A stretch of 64,000 bases of DNA. Source: Alphaproteobacteria bacterium (lineage in GTDB: Bacteria > Pseudomonadota > Alphaproteobacteria > MPNO01). Location of the stretch: the NCBI GenBank assembly GCA_965248835.1, contig CBDFLJ010000002.1, forward strand, positions 2,080,001 to 2,144,000, given 5' to 3'. How positions within the stretch are numbered: position 1 is the stretch's first letter; the number at the start of each line of letters is the position of its first letter. The position numbers and the translations under genes are program-made. The notes beneath the pieces were generated by a model. It saw only the letters and a program-made list of their open reading frames with translations. It ran no database searches and was not told where the DNA came from. Shown piece by piece: positions 29,425 through 40,925 of the stretch.

Positions 29425-30634
29425 ATGTCGCGCACGGCAGAGGAATTCACCCGCCGTCCGAGCCTTCCAGACATGCACTTCGTGGACAACCGGATATACG
29501 CCGATCCGGAGATCTTCCGCGAGGAACAGGAAAAGATTCTGAGCAAGGTATGGAAGTTCGTCGCCCACGAGAGCGAGATCGCCGAGGCCAACGATTACCG
29601 CACCACCAGCCTCGCCGGCACGCCGCTTGTGATCGCGCGCGGCCAGGACGGCGTCATCCGGACGTTCGTCAACGCGTGCTCGCACCGCGGCGCCCAGATC
29701 CTCCAGCGGCCGCGCGGCAACGCCAAGGAATGGGAATGCCTGTTCCACCGCTGGATCTATGACGGCACCACCGGAGCGTGCACCGCCATCCCGCGCCGCA
29801 AGGGGTTCGAGGCGGGCGGGCTGAGGGCCGAGGACTGCGGGCTGAGGCAGGTCAAGACCGAGACCAGGCTGGGGCTCGTCTTCGTCAACCTCGACGACGA
29901 CAGCGGATCGCTCGACGATTTCCTGGGCAATGCGCTGGAGCTCCACAACGAGACCCTCGGCAGCGGGGAGCTCGAGGTGTTCGACTATTTCGAGCACATG
30001 CTGGAGGCCAATTGGAAGAATTGGCAAGAGACCAACATGGACCTCTATCACGAGTTCATGCACGTGGTTAACCGGCGCCAGAGCGTGACCGAGAAGAGCT
30101 ACTACCGGCGCAAATGGCGGATACCGGCGCAAATGGCGGATCTATCCCAACGGCCACGTCGCACCGGAAAAATACGTGGTGCGCTACGGGCGCCAGGACG
30201 GCTGGAGCGAGCGGCAGGAGGCGCTGAAATTGCCGGGCATCGCGCCCAACGAATTCCAGATCGTCAACATCTTCCCCGACCTGGCGATCAACGCGCGCGG
30301 CACCGTGATCCGCATCGATTGCCAGATCCCGCTGGCGCCGGGGCGGACGCTCATCCAGTACCGCGGGCTCGGGGTCAAGGGGGACAGTTCCGAGATGCGC
30401 CGGCAAAGGATGCAGGACTTCAACGCCTTCTGGGGTCCGTTCGGGCGCAACCTGCCGGAGGATCTGTGGGCGTCGGTGCTTCAGCACCGGGCCATGCAGG
30501 GCGGCCAGGTGCCCTATACCTATTGGGCGCGGGAAGAAGACAACCTCTCGCACGACGATGTCGCGCTGAGGTCCTATTACAGAGAATGGGGCCGCCTGAT
30601 GGGCCGCGACGCCAGCCGGCCGATGGCGGCCTGA
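29425..30634 (+). pseudogene. Rieske oxygenase alpha subunit (MsmA-like), frameshifted by a 19-bp tandem duplication
   Basis: CSH-x17-CLFH Rieske motif, NWK..DLYHEFMH, C-terminal WGPFGRNLPED in a second frame; removing one repeat unit restores a single ORF. Confidence 0.85.
30103..30140 (+). repeat. Perfect 19-bp tandem duplication
   Basis: taccggcgcaaatggcgga x2 (30103-30121 and 30122-30140). Confidence 0.95.
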
Positions 30635-30642
30635 CCGCCGGA

Positions 30643-31104
30643 ATGACCGCCGACCGCCAGGCGATAACCGATCTGATCGCGCACGCGTGCGCGCTGCTCG
30701 ACGATGAGCGGTTCGAGGATTGGATCGCGCTGTGCGCGCCCGACTTCCGGTATTCGATCACCGCGGTGAGCGAGGAGATCGGCCGCAAGATGGAGTGGAT
30801 GAACCGGGACCGGGAGAGCCTGCGGACCCTGCTCGCCAGCGTGCATGAGCACGAGCGCTCGGTCGGCCGGCTCAGCCGGCATGTCGGCCAGGTGCTGATC
30901 ACCGGCAAAGCGGACAACGGCATTGCCGATGTCGAGAGTCCGGTTGCGATCTACCATACCGACCTCGACGGCACGTCGAGCCTGTATGCCGTCGGGCGGT
31001 ATCTGGACCGCATCGTCCAAGACGGCGGCCGGCCGCTTCTGGCCGCGCGCGAAGTCGCCTTGCAGACGAGGCGCTTTCCCACCGGCTCGCACATTCCGCT
31101 ATGA
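30643..31104 (+). CDS. Rieske oxygenase beta subunit (MsmB-like)
   Basis: LLDDERFEDWIALC..FRYSITA.SEEI, LYAVGRYLD, REV.LQTR..GSHIPL. Confidence 0.8.
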   Translation: MTADRQAITDLIAHACALLDDERFEDWIALCAPDFRYSITAVSEEIGRKMEWMNRDRESLRTLLASVHEHERSVGRLSRHVGQVLITGKADNGIADVESPVAIYHTDLDGTSSLYAVGRYLDRIVQDGGRPLLAAREVALQTRRFPTGSHIPL

Positions 31105-31232
31105 CGTCCGAGGACGCCGCACCGATGCGCTTCACGGTGATCGGCTCGGGCCGGGGCGAATTCCCGTGCAGGTCCGGCCAAACCGTTGGCAAGCCGACGC
31201 GAATCAAGCAGGGAGCAAAGACATGGCGATGA
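31101..31232 (+). pseudogene. Probable internally deleted XylT-type [2Fe-2S] ferredoxin
   Basis: ATGA-coupled 43-aa ORF MTSEDAAPMRFTVIGSGRGEFPCRSGQTV.. resembles a plant-type ferredoxin N-terminus; no CxxxxCxxC motif; lies directly before xylE. Confidence 0.45.
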
Positions 31233-32143
31233 CGGGGGTGCTGCGGCCGGGGTTCGTGCAGCTCCGGGTGCTCGATATGGACGAGGCGCTCAAGCACTAT
31301 GTCGGCATGATCGGTCTTTCCAAGGTCGATCGCGGCGATGACGGTCGGGTATATCTGCGCGCGTTCGACGAGTTCGACCGCCACTGCATTATCCTGCGCC
31401 GGAGCGACAGCGCCGGCATGGACGCGACCGGGTTCAAGGTCGCCGACGAGGGAACGCTGGACGAGCTCGCCGGCCGGGTCGAGGCCTTCGGCCTGAAGGT
31501 CGACGAGATCGCGGCAGGCGAGCAGCCCGGCGTCGGGCGCCGCATGGGCTTCACCGTCGCCTCCGGCCATCGGATCGAGCTCTACGCCCACATGGACCAG
31601 TCGCCGCACGCTCCTTCGACGACCAACCCGGACTTATGGCCGGAGGAGCCGCGCGGCATGAAGGCGGTCCGGTTTGACCACACCCTGCTCTACGGGCCGG
31701 ACATCGACAAGGTGACGGAGCTGTTCACCAAGGCGCTCGGGTTCAGCCTCGCCGAGCAGCTGGTGATGCCGGACGGGGTCCTGGGAGTGTGGCTGTCCTG
31801 TTCGACCAAGGCGCACGACATCGCGTTTGTGAAACACGCCGAGCCCGGCAGGTTCCACCACGCCTCGTTCTTCCTCGAATCCTGGCATGATGTCGGCCAC
31901 GCCGCAGACCTGATCGCGCGGCACAATGTCTCGCTCGACATCGGTCCGACGCGGCACGGGATCACGAGGGGCCAGACGATCTATTTCTTCGACCCGTCGG
32001 GCAACCGGAACGAGGTCTTCACCGGCGGGTACATGTACTACCCCGACAACCCGACCCGGACCTGGGACCAGAGAGAGATCGGCAAGAGCATCTTCTACTA
32101 CGAAAAGGAGCTCAACGACCGGTTCCTCGGGCGCGTTACCTGA
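31223..32143 (+). CDS. xylE: Catechol 2,3-dioxygenase
   Basis: MAMTGVLRPG.VQLRVLD, FDH.LLYG, KAHDIAF, DIGPTRHGITRGQTIYFFDPSGNRNE. Confidence 0.93.
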   Translation: MAMTGVLRPGFVQLRVLDMDEALKHYVGMIGLSKVDRGDDGRVYLRAFDEFDRHCIILRRSDSAGMDATGFKVADEGTLDELAGRVEAFGLKVDEIAAGEQPGVGRRMGFTVASGHRIELYAHMDQSPHAPSTTNPDLWPEEPRGMKAVRFDHTLLYGPDIDKVTELFTKALGFSLAEQLVMPDGVLGVWLSCSTKAHDIAFVKHAEPGRFHHASFFLESWHDVGHAADLIARHNVSLDIGPTRHGITRGQTIYFFDPSGNRNEVFTGGYMYYPDNPTRTWDQREIGKSIFYYEKELNDRFLGRVT

Positions 32144-32393
32144 GAATACGGTCGGCAGGCCGGCGCGGGGAGGAACAGCCGATAGATCTGCCGTGCGCGA
32201 TGATCTCCTGTAACCGGGACAGGTTGATCAACATGAAATCGTGCAGCACGACATCGACGGTGATCAGAAGCGGGATCGCCGAGGAAGGCGGTGACCCGCC
32301 CGAACGCGCGGTCGAAGCGGTCCATCGGCTCCGTGTTCGCACGGTTCCCAGGTCGGGAACAAACCCTGGAAGCGACGGCCCGGCCGGCCGCCA

Positions 32394-32422
32394 TTGACAG
32401 GGCAAGCCGCCCCCTTTAACCG
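32394..32422 (+). promoter_or_regulatory. Candidate sigma70 promoter of pgi
   Basis: TTGACA, then a weak -10 (TAACCG) 17 nt downstream. Confidence 0.35.
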
Positions 32423-32479
32423 CATCGGCTTGCCGAGATGCAGACCCGGTGTCCCGATCCGAGGACAAGGGAGCAGCCG

Positions 32480-34132
32480 ATGCCCGAAAAGCCTGCCACG
32501 GCAGCGCAGGCGCCTTTGACGCAAAGGCCCGAATGGAAGGCGCTCGCCGCGCATTTCGAGCGGACCCGCGACATCCATCTCCGCACCCTGTTCGTCGAAG
32601 ACCCCGGGCGGGGCGAGAAGCTGGCGCTGGAGGCCGCCGGCGTCTATCTCGATTTCTCCAAGAACCGGCTGACCGAGGAGACGCTCGCTCTGCTTTGCGC
32701 GCTCGCGGAGTCCTGCGGGCTGAAGGCGCGGATCGACGCCATGTTCGCCGGAGAGCGGATCAACGTCACCGAAGACCGCGCCGTCCTGCATGTCGCGCTG
32801 CGGGCACCCCGGGACAGCGCGATCCATGCCGACGGCAAGGACGTCGTGCCGGACGTCCACGCGGTCCTCGACAAGATGGCCGCGTTTGCCGCCCGGCTGC
32901 GCAGCGGCGAATGGAAAGGTCATACCGGCAGGCCGATCCGCAACCTGGTCAACATCGGGATCGGCGGTTCCAACCTCGGGCCGATGATGGCCTGTGCGGC
33001 GCTGCGGCCCTTCGGCCTGCACGGGCTCCGCCTCGGGTTCGTCTCCAACATCGACGGTGCCGCCTTCAGCGAGACCGTCGCGGGGCTCGACCCGGCCGAG
33101 ACCCTGTTCATCGTGAGTTCGAAGACCTTCACGACGCTGGAGACGTTGACCAACGCGCATGCCGCCCGGGCGTGGTGCCTGGATGCGCTCGGCGAGGAAG
33201 CGGCGGTCGCCAGGCACTTCGTCGCGGTCTCGAGCAATGCCGCTGAAGTGGCGAAGTTCGGCATCGACACCGCCAACATGTTCGAAATCTGGGACTGGAT
33301 CGGCGGCCGGTACTCGCTCGATTCCGCGATCGGCCTGTCGCTGATGACCGCGGTCGGCGCGGATAACTTCCACGCGATGCTGTCCGGGATGCATGCGATG
33401 GACGAGCATTTCCGCACCGCCCGGTTCGACCGCAACATCCCCGTGCTGCTGGGCCTCATCGGTCTCTGGTATGTCGCCTTCTTCGGTGCGCAGACCCACG
33501 CCGTTCTGCCCTACAGCCACTATCTGGAGCATCTGACCGCCTACCTTCAGCAGCTCGAGATGGAGAGCAACGGCAAGCAGGTCGACCTGAACGGCCGTCG
33601 CCTCGCCTACCCGACCGGGCCGGTCGTCTGGGGGCAGGTCGGCACCGACGGACAGCACGCCTATCACCAACTTCTCCATCAGGGCAGCCCTCTGGTTCCT
33701 TGCGACTTCATCGGCTTCTGCCGGACGCCAAGCCCGGTCGGCCGTCACCATGACCTGCTGATGGCGAACTTCTTCGCCCAGACCGAGTCTCTTGCCTTCG
33801 GCAAGACCGCCGAGGAGGTGCGCGCGGAAGGCGTCGCCGAGCCGCTGATCGCCCACCGCACCTTCGAGGGCAACCGGGTGAGCAACACGATCCTGCTCGA
33901 TGCGCTGAGCCCGGAGAGTTTCGGCAAGCTGATCGCGCTCTACGAGCACAAGGTGTTCGTCCAGGGCGCGCTGTGGAACATCAACAGCTTCGACCAATGG
34001 GGCGTCGAGCTCGGCAAGATCCTCGCCGACCGCATCGTCCCGGAGCTGGAGAGTAAGGCCGAGCCCGCGCTCGACCACGACAGCTCGACGAATGCGCTGA
34101 TCCGCCGCTACCGGGACCGCCGGCTTGCATGA
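32480..34132 (+). CDS. pgi: Glucose-6-phosphate isomerase
   Basis: [51 protein letters not shown]. Confidence 0.97.
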   Translation: MPEKPATAAQAPLTQRPEWKALAAHFERTRDIHLRTLFVEDPGRGEKLALEAAGVYLDFSKNRLTEETLALLCALAESCGLKARIDAMFAGERINVTEDRAVLHVALRAPRDSAIHADGKDVVPDVHAVLDKMAAFAARLRSGEWKGHTGRPIRNLVNIGIGGSNLGPMMACAALRPFGLHGLRLGFVSNIDGAAFSETVAGLDPAETLFIVSSKTFTTLETLTNAHAARAWCLDALGEEAAVARHFVAVSSNAAEVAKFGIDTANMFEIWDWIGGRYSLDSAIGLSLMTAVGADNFHAMLSGMHAMDEHFRTARFDRNIPVLLGLIGLWYVAFFGAQTHAVLPYSHYLEHLTAYLQQLEMESNGKQVDLNGRRLAYPTGPVVWGQVGTDGQHAYHQLLHQGSPLVPCDFIGFCRTPSPVGRHHDLLMANFFAQTESLAFGKTAEEVRAEGVAEPLIAHRTFEGNRVSNTILLDALSPESFGKLIALYEHKVFVQGALWNINSFDQWGVELGKILADRIVPELESKAEPALDHDSSTNALIRRYRDRRLA

Positions 34133-34148
34133 AATGCGGTGACGGCGG

Positions 34149-34335
34149 TCAGGACGGGTCGGTCTGGAGCGGCGCGTTCTCCTGGAAATCCATCATGCGC
34201 CGGAGCAGGCGCTCGGCGAGGTCGGCGCAGGTCTGCCGATGCGCGGATCGGTCCCGGAGGTTCTCGATCTCGTCCGGATCGCCGTTCAGATCGTAGAGCT
34301 CGCCCCAATCGACGCCGCTGTGAACGGTCAGGCGC
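34149..34335 (-). pseudogene. C-terminal fragment of a sulfatase
   Basis: RLTVHSGVDWGELYDLNGDPDEIENL motif; 5' part absent. Confidence 0.7.
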
Positions 34336-34672
34336 CGGCCGCGGCGACCACCGCCGCTTTCCGCGGGAGCTACTGGACGCCGGCACAGATGCTGTGCCAC
34401 CACGCGGGTAACGGCTGCGCTCTGGAGCCGGGCGATCTGCTCGGCAGCGGCACCGTCTCGGGGCCGGGCGAGGACTCGCGCGCCTGTCTCGCCGAGATCA
34501 GCGAACTCGGGAAAAGCCGTTCGACATCGACGGTGAAACGCGGACCTGGCTCGAGGATGGCGACGCGGTCAATTTCCGGGCGCGGGCCGCGCGCGAGGGC
34601 TATGTCGGCCTCGGGTTCGGCGAGTGTCGGGGCGAAGTCGCCGCGGCCGCGAGTTGGCCGGGGACCTCCTGA
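34332..34672 (+). pseudogene. fahA: C-terminal fragment of fumarylacetoacetase, frameshifted
   Basis: YWTPAQMLCHHAGNGC.LEPGDLLGSGTVSG, then after a frameshift in the A run near 34512-34515, GETRTWLEDGD..GFGECRG. Confidence 0.8.
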
Positions 34673-34702
34673 TTCGCAGCGGCGTTATCCCGTTATTCAC
34701 TT

Positions 34703-35149
34703 GGAGACCTCCGACAACCGGCGGATCGGGCAGGTCTCGGCCGCGCCCTTGCCCGCCTTGATCGCTGGCTTCTCATCATCGCTGTTGCGCTGCTTGGGCG
34801 CCGACACCAAGGTCTCATCGACGATCTGACCGCCCATCGCCAGACAACCGCTGCGGCGAAGCGCGCCATCGAAGGTTCCGGTCCGGCGTCGGCGCGCCGA
34901 GATCGAAGCCAAGGAAGCGAGGCCAACGCAAACGGTCACGGATCAGAAACTCCATCTGCTCGTCGCTCACAGCGTGCTGCGCGGCCAGAACCAGAATCTT
35001 TAACAGCGTCACCGGATCGCCGGTCGAAGACAGCTTGCGCAAATGATCCGGCAAGCCAAACAGACCAGCCCGTCTCATCAAGACCCCCTCCAGCCAAGCA
35101 GCCGCAGAGAATCACAATGAAGAAAATTCACCATTAAATGGAGGCGTCC
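34703..35149 (-). mobile_element. Internally deleted IS5-family element
   Basis: Transposase pieces GLFGLPDHLRKLS, KILVL..Q..VSDEQMEFLIRDRL.W.RFLG, GQIVDETLVSAPKQRN; imperfect terminal IRs ggagacctcc / ggaggcgtcc. Confidence 0.8.
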
Positions 35150-35498
35150 ATCTGTTCGAACCGGGACAGACTTAAACTCTTGAACGGACACTCTCTTATA
35201 GAATTCTCCAAGAAATAGCATTGGTCGTGAACGGCCGCTCGCCTCGACCACCCGGACAGTGAAGCAACCTCCGGCGCCTATCGCAATCCTCCTCGATGGA
35301 CCGATAGCTTCTCCATGTGATAAGCTTGCTCTTGTCGAAGGGTCGAATGGCTGGGTATGGACGAGATCACCGGGAGGTCGGGGGCCGGGCATTGCCTTGA
35401 CAAACGGCATTGCGAATTGAAGCTGGGTGAGGCAAAGGCCAAGGTCGGCGGAATCGCCTCTGACGAGACGGGGGCGATCGGGGTGGAGCCGTCGGAAC

Positions 35499-36404
35499 TT
35501 GGTTGAACTCCTGACCGGGACTCGTTTGGCAGAAGCGATCGCCGAGACGGCATCGGTGATGGAGACCGTCCTCGACGCCGAATTGCCGCCGCCGGCCGGC
35601 GCGGGCGCGAGGCTGTTCGAAGCCATGCGCTACGGTACGCTGGGCGGCGGGAAGCGGCTGCGCGCGTTCCTGGTCCGCACCGGGGCGGAGCTCGCAGGGG
35701 CAGACGATCGGGGCGCCCTGCTCGTCGGCGCCGCCGTGGAGATGATCCACGGCTATTCGCTCATCCACGACGACCTGCCGTCGATGGACGATGACGACAT
35801 GCGCCGGGGGAAACCCTCCTGTCACGTCGCCTTCGACGAAGCCACCGCGATCCTTGCCGGCGATGCCCTCCTGACCCTGGCGTTCGAGCTGGCGGCCGAT
35901 CCCAGGGTCCACCCGGATCCTTCGATCCGCTGCGACCTGGTGCGAGCGATGGCGCTGGCGGCTGGGGGCAAGGGAATGGTCGGCGGCCAGATGATCGATC
36001 TGGCTGCCGAGCACAGCGTCGTCGATTACCAGTTGATCGCCATGCTGGAAGGCATGAAGACCGGCGCATTGATCGCTTTCAGTTGCGAGGCCGGTGCGAT
36101 CCTCGCCGGCCGCGACGCGGGGTTCCGCGAATCCGTTCGCGAATACGGGCACGATATCGGCCTTGCCTTCCAGGTGATCGACGACGTTCTGGATGCCACC
36201 GGGGACGAGACCGCGCTCGGCAAGAAGGTCGGCAAGGACGCGGCCGCCGGCAAGGCGACCTTCCTCGCCGCTCTGGGTATGGACGGAGCCAGGCGAGAGG
36301 CGCTCGCCCTGGTCGAGCGCGCCGTCGTCCGTCTCGAAGGGTTCGATGAACGGGCCGACGCTCTGCGCGCCTTCGGCAAGTATGTTCTAACGCGTCGAAG
36401 CTGA
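35499..36404 (+). CDS. ispA: Polyprenyl (farnesyl/geranylgeranyl) diphosphate synthase
   Basis: [47 protein letters not shown]; TTG start inferred. Confidence 0.9.
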   Translation: MVELLTGTRLAEAIAETASVMETVLDAELPPPAGAGARLFEAMRYGTLGGGKRLRAFLVRTGAELAGADDRGALLVGAAVEMIHGYSLIHDDLPSMDDDDMRRGKPSCHVAFDEATAILAGDALLTLAFELAADPRVHPDPSIRCDLVRAMALAAGGKGMVGGQMIDLAAEHSVVDYQLIAMLEGMKTGALIAFSCEAGAILAGRDAGFRESVREYGHDIGLAFQVIDDVLDATGDETALGKKVGKDAAAGKATFLAALGMDGARREALALVERAVVRLEGFDERADALRAFGKYVLTRRS

Positions 36405-36418
36405 CACCGAGAGCCGCA

Positions 36419-38353
36419 ATGCCTGTCGAGACCCCACATCTGGACCGAGTTAAGGTGCCCGCCGACCTCCGCGAATTGTCGGTCGCGGAGCTGAAGGTGG
36501 TCGCCGAAGAGCTTCGCGCCGAGACGATCGACGCGGTCTCGAGCACCGGTGGCCATCTGGGGGCCGGGCTCGGCGTGGTGGAGCTCACCGTGGCCCTTCA
36601 TCACCTCTTCAATACGCCGGAAGACATACTGGTCTGGGATGTCGGCCATCAATGCTACCCGCATAAGATCCTGACCGGAAGACGTGATCGGATCCGCACA
36701 TTACGCCAAGGCGGCGGCCTTTCGGGGTTCACCAAGCGTTCGGAGAGCGAATACGATCCCTTCGGCGCCGCGCACGCGTCGACCTCGATCTCGGCCGCGC
36801 TCGGATTTGCCGTTTCCCGCGACTTGCAGGGCCGCAAAAACCGCGTCATTGCGGTGATCGGAGACGGTGCGCTGACCGGCGGCATGGCCTACGAGGCGAT
36901 GAACAACGCCGGCTCGATGGACACACCTCTGGTCGTTGTCCTGAACGACAACGACATGTCGATCGCCCCGCCGGTGGGCGCGATGAGCGCTTATCTCTCG
37001 CGACTGATTTCGTCCAAGCGATATCGTTCGCTCCGCGACATCGCGCGCCACGCGGCAGAAAAATTCCCGCGTGCGGTGGAGCGTGGTGTCAAACGGGCGG
37101 AGGAATATGCCCGCGGCCTAGTGACCGGCGGGACACTCTTCGAGGAGCTGGGTTTCTACTACGTGGGGCCGATCGACGGTCATAACCTCGACCATCTTCT
37201 GCCGATCTTAAGGAACGCGCGCGATGACGTCGCCACGGGGCCGATCCTGGTCCACGTCGTTACTCAGAAGGGAAAGGGCTATCCCCCGGCGGAGCAGTCG
37301 GCAGAGAAGTATCACGGCGTGTCCAGTTTTGATGTCGTCACCGGCACGCAGGACAAGCCCAGCTCCAATGCGCCGCCCTTTACCAAAGTCTTCGCCCAGA
37401 GCCTGCTGACAGAGGCGCGGCTGGATGACCGGATCTGCGCGATTACCGCGGCAATGCCTTCGGGCACCGGGATCGATATCTTTCGGGAGGTCTTTCCGGA
37501 GCGATCCTTCGATGTCGGGCTCGCGGAGCAGCACGCGGTGACCTTCGCGGCCGGGCTTGCCGCCGACGGAATGAAACCGTTCGCCGCGATCTATTCGACA
37601 TTCCTGCAGCGCGCCTATGACCAGATCGTTCACGACGTCGGGATTCAAAGCCTTCCCGTCCGCTTTGCCTTGGATCGCGCGGGGCTGGTCGGCGCCGACG
37701 GCCAGACGCATGCCGGCGCCTACGACATCGCTTACCTGGGTTGCCTGCCCGGCTTCGTGCTGATGGCGGCGGCCGATGAGGCCGAGCTGGTTCACATGGT
37801 CCGGACCGCGGTGGCGATCAATGACCGGCCGTGTGCTTTTCGCTATCCGCGAGGCACCGGGTTCGGCGTCACATTGCCCGATCGGGGCGAGATCCTGCAG
37901 ATCGGCAAGGGACGCGTTCTGCGCGAAGGAAACACCGTCGCCATCCTGTCCTATGGTGCAAGATTGCACGAGGCGATGTCCGCAGCCGAGGAGTTGACCC
38001 GTCGCGGCCTGTCGACGACGGTCGCCGATGCCAGGTTCGCGAAGCCTCTGGACGGGGATCTGGTGCGAGAGCTCGCCCGAGAGCACGAGGTTCTCATCAC
38101 CATCGAAGAAGGCGCAATCGGGGGCTTCGGCACGCAAGTGCTGCACTTCCTGGCGGAGAACGGCATTCTGGATCGCGGGCTCAAGATCCGTCCCATGGTG
38201 CTTCCCGATCTCTATTTGGACCATGACAAGCCGCAGCTTCAATACGACGACGCCGGTCTCCAGTCGCGTCATATCTTGGCGACCGCGCTCGACGCATTGG
38301 GGTACGCTCCGGCCGAAAGGATCTTGGAGATTCCCAAAGGGTTGGCACCGTGA
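36419..38353 (+). CDS. dxs: 1-deoxy-D-xylulose-5-phosphate synthase
   Basis: [57 protein letters not shown]. Confidence 0.97.
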   Translation: MPVETPHLDRVKVPADLRELSVAELKVVAEELRAETIDAVSSTGGHLGAGLGVVELTVALHHLFNTPEDILVWDVGHQCYPHKILTGRRDRIRTLRQGGGLSGFTKRSESEYDPFGAAHASTSISAALGFAVSRDLQGRKNRVIAVIGDGALTGGMAYEAMNNAGSMDTPLVVVLNDNDMSIAPPVGAMSAYLSRLISSKRYRSLRDIARHAAEKFPRAVERGVKRAEEYARGLVTGGTLFEELGFYYVGPIDGHNLDHLLPILRNARDDVATGPILVHVVTQKGKGYPPAEQSAEKYHGVSSFDVVTGTQDKPSSNAPPFTKVFAQSLLTEARLDDRICAITAAMPSGTGIDIFREVFPERSFDVGLAEQHAVTFAAGLAADGMKPFAAIYSTFLQRAYDQIVHDVGIQSLPVRFALDRAGLVGADGQTHAGAYDIAYLGCLPGFVLMAAADEAELVHMVRTAVAINDRPCAFRYPRGTGFGVTLPDRGEILQIGKGRVLREGNTVAILSYGARLHEAMSAAEELTRRGLSTTVADARFAKPLDGDLVRELAREHEVLITIEEGAIGGFGTQVLHFLAENGILDRGLKIRPMVLPDLYLDHDKPQLQYDDAGLQSRHILATALDALGYAPAERILEIPKGLAP

Positions 38354-39518
38354 AAGCGTACTCTGTGCATAACTTGTCGGGGTCTTGAATGATGGACGCT
38401 GTCCCTCGGCGTGCAAAGAGGGATAAGCGCCGGCCCGTGCGATGTGCGATACCGACAAGGGTCAGCCGCGCCGACGGAACAGTTGCTCGGCCAAGTTGCC
38501 GAAATATTTCACGCCGCCGTCGGTCGCAAGGTCGGCGGCTAGAACGTCCCACGGCAATCCGGCAGTGATCGGTTTTCCGGCGCCAGCCGTCGGGACTCCC
38601 GGGAGCCATGCGGCGAGCTCCATCACCGTCTCCGGCTCGATGGTCTTGCCCGCGGTGATCTCGACCCCGTAGCCTGTCGGTAGCATCGCCTTGACAGATC
38701 GCATGGGCCGCATTGGGGAGGTCCGCGTGACGGTGCTTGAGGCGATGGAATATAACGCCCTGATGCGCGGGTTTTCCAAGCGGGAACAGACCATCGAACA
38801 GGTGGCGGGCTCCGTATTCGCCGAGAGGCGGCCAGACCAAACTTCCCTCACAAACGCGCAACCTAATGATGTGCCCGACACGGACGCAGAGAACGCGCAC
38901 CGGGGCGCACCGGGAAGTTACATTCGGGGTACGGAGCTTTTGCTCTCGTTGCGGCGCGGTTAAAACCCCCATCGACGTAAAAGACGCGGATAACCTGGTT
39001 GCGCTTGATCGTGGACGCGGGCGGAGGGGAGCCCGCCGGGGCATGGCGTCCGAAGCATCTCCTGCTGGCTTAACACGTCCGACCTCTGCTACAACAACCG
39101 GGTGGAGAAGAACGCCGCGGGCAAGATCCGGCCGATCAGCTTTTCTGGCAGCACGGTAAGCGGGACCTGGGTCGATGTCAGAGCTCACGAGGCGCGTTAC
39201 GAACTTTGCCGTGACATTTCGGGCGATATCTATTGCGAGAACGATCCGGAAGGCGGTGCGTTCACGGCGCCTTGAACATGCAAAACTGATAGACCGAAGA
39301 GCGGAGCGGATAAGGCTTACGCAACAACAGGCAGCCGCCGATCATTTGCGGCCCCGACCTGTCGGGGCGACGGCGGCGCCGCATGCAACGCGTCCGTCGG
39401 ATCCGGTCATCGGACCGAACGTCGGAGGCCGATCATCGGGCGGGGGCATCGCTCTCATCCCGGGCCTGGTTCTTAGCCAACTCTGCCGCGCTTCGGCTTC
39501 GGGCCCCGGGTGAGGAAG

Positions 39519-40925
39519 ATGAAACGGGTCGAGCTCCTGGCTGCGTCCTGTGTGGTGATGACGTGCTGCGCACTGTCGGCGCCCGCGGCCGGGGACGAGC
39601 ATGGCGGAGCGGAGGCTTCGCGCATGGAGCTGACGCTGGATGACGCGATCCGTCTGGCGCTGCGGAACAACCGGAGCCTGCTCGATGCACGCCTCGACCG
39701 CACCCTCGATGTGTTCGCGCTCGACGTGGCCGGCGACCGGTACCGCCCGAAGGCGAGCATCAGGTCGTCGGCGGACGCCGAGAGGGAAGGCGATCCGCGA
39801 GCGAACCTCTCCACCACAGGGAGCATCCGGGTTCCGACCGGCGGCGAGCTCACGCTAGGATGGCGGAAGCCCCTCGCAGGCGGAGGCAACGACTCCGGCG
39901 ATTACAGTCTGGGGTTCTCGCAGCCGCTGCTGAAGGGCTTCGGGATCGCGGTCGACACCGCTCCGCTGCGGATCGCCCGGCTCAGGGAGAAGATCAATAT
40001 CCTGAACTTCAGGGATGCGATCGCCGGGATCGTCGACTCGACGATCCGGAATTGGCGGGACCTGATCCGGGTGAACCGGCAACTGGAGATCGCCGAGGCG
40101 TCCCTCGAGAGGGCTCGGGAGCAACTGAAGGTCAACCGGACGCTGATCAAAGCGGGCCAGATGGCGGAGCGCGAAGTGCTCCAGAGCGAGGCGGAGATCG
40201 CCAACCGGGAGCTCTCGCTGGTGGAGGCGAGGAACGCTCTGATCGAGGCCAATTTCAATTTGATCGACACTCTGGACATCGATAGCGCGACCCTGATCCG
40301 CCCGCTGGAAACGCCGAGGGCTCGGCGGGCGGCGCCCGGCGTGGCGGAGGGCATCGAGGTGGCGCTGCGCAACGCGCCCGACTATTTGCAGGCGCTTCTG
40401 AACGCCGACATCGCCAGGATCGATCTGAAGGTCGCCGAGAACGACCGCCTCTGGGATCTATCGCTGGATACGGATGCGTCGCGTGCCGCCGGCGGCGGCC
40501 CGACCGACTATGCAGCGGGGCTGAGGCTGACGGTTCCGCTGTGGGACCGCTCCCCCCGCCAGGCATGGATGGGGGCCCGGGCCAGTGTCCGGAAGGCCGA
40601 GCGCGGCCTCGTGGAGCGGCGCCAGAAGATCGCCATCGACGTGCGCCAGGCGGTGCATAACGTCGTGGTCGGGCTGCGGCGGATCGAGCTTGCCCGTCAG
40701 GCGCTCGCACTCACGGAACAGAAGCTCGAGATCGAACGGAGCAAGCTGCGCCAGGGCCTGTCGTCAGCCTTCCAGTTGAGCCAGTTCGAAGACGACCTGG
40801 TGGCCGCGCAGAACGCCGAGGTGGACGCGGTCGTCAGCTACGAGAACGCGCTGACCTCGCTGGACCGGACCCTGGGCACGACGCTGGAGACATGGGACAT
40901 CCGCGTGGACCAGGTCGAGCGATGA
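39519..40925 (+). CDS. TolC-family outer membrane efflux protein
   Basis: Signal peptide, LTLDDAIRLALRNN, FSQPLLKGFG, two OEP-like helical repeats, LTVPLWD. Confidence 0.9.
   Translation: MKRVELLAASCVVMTCCALSAPAAGDEHGGAEASRMELTLDDAIRLALRNNRSLLDARLDRTLDVFALDVAGDRYRPKASIRSSADAEREGDPRANLSTTGSIRVPTGGELTLGWRKPLAGGGNDSGDYSLGFSQPLLKGFGIAVDTAPLRIARLREKINILNFRDAIAGIVDSTIRNWRDLIRVNRQLEIAEASLERAREQLKVNRTLIKAGQMAEREVLQSEAEIANRELSLVEARNALIEANFNLIDTLDIDSATLIRPLETPRARRAAPGVAEGIEVALRNAPDYLQALLNADIARIDLKVAENDRLWDLSLDTDASRAAGGGPTDYAAGLRLTVPLWDRSPRQAWMGARASVRKAERGLVERRQKIAIDVRQAVHNVVVGLRRIELARQALALTEQKLEIERSKLRQGLSSAFQLSQFEDDLVAAQNAEVDAVVSYENALTSLDRTLGTTLETWDIRVDQVER

Noticed and set aside
29407-31104. 565-aa natural alpha-beta fusion of a Rieske oxygenase
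   Set aside because: Artefact of the 19-bp duplication; the middle part is the out-of-frame translation of the alpha C-terminus
32150-32390. Short ORFs between xylE and pgi
   Set aside because: No recognisable family, RBS or consistent frame
38360-39500. ORFs between dxs and tolC (e.g. 38462..38881 minus, 38181..39188 minus)
   Set aside because: Partly protein-like and possibly a decayed gene, but no recognisable motif or convincing start, so left unannotated
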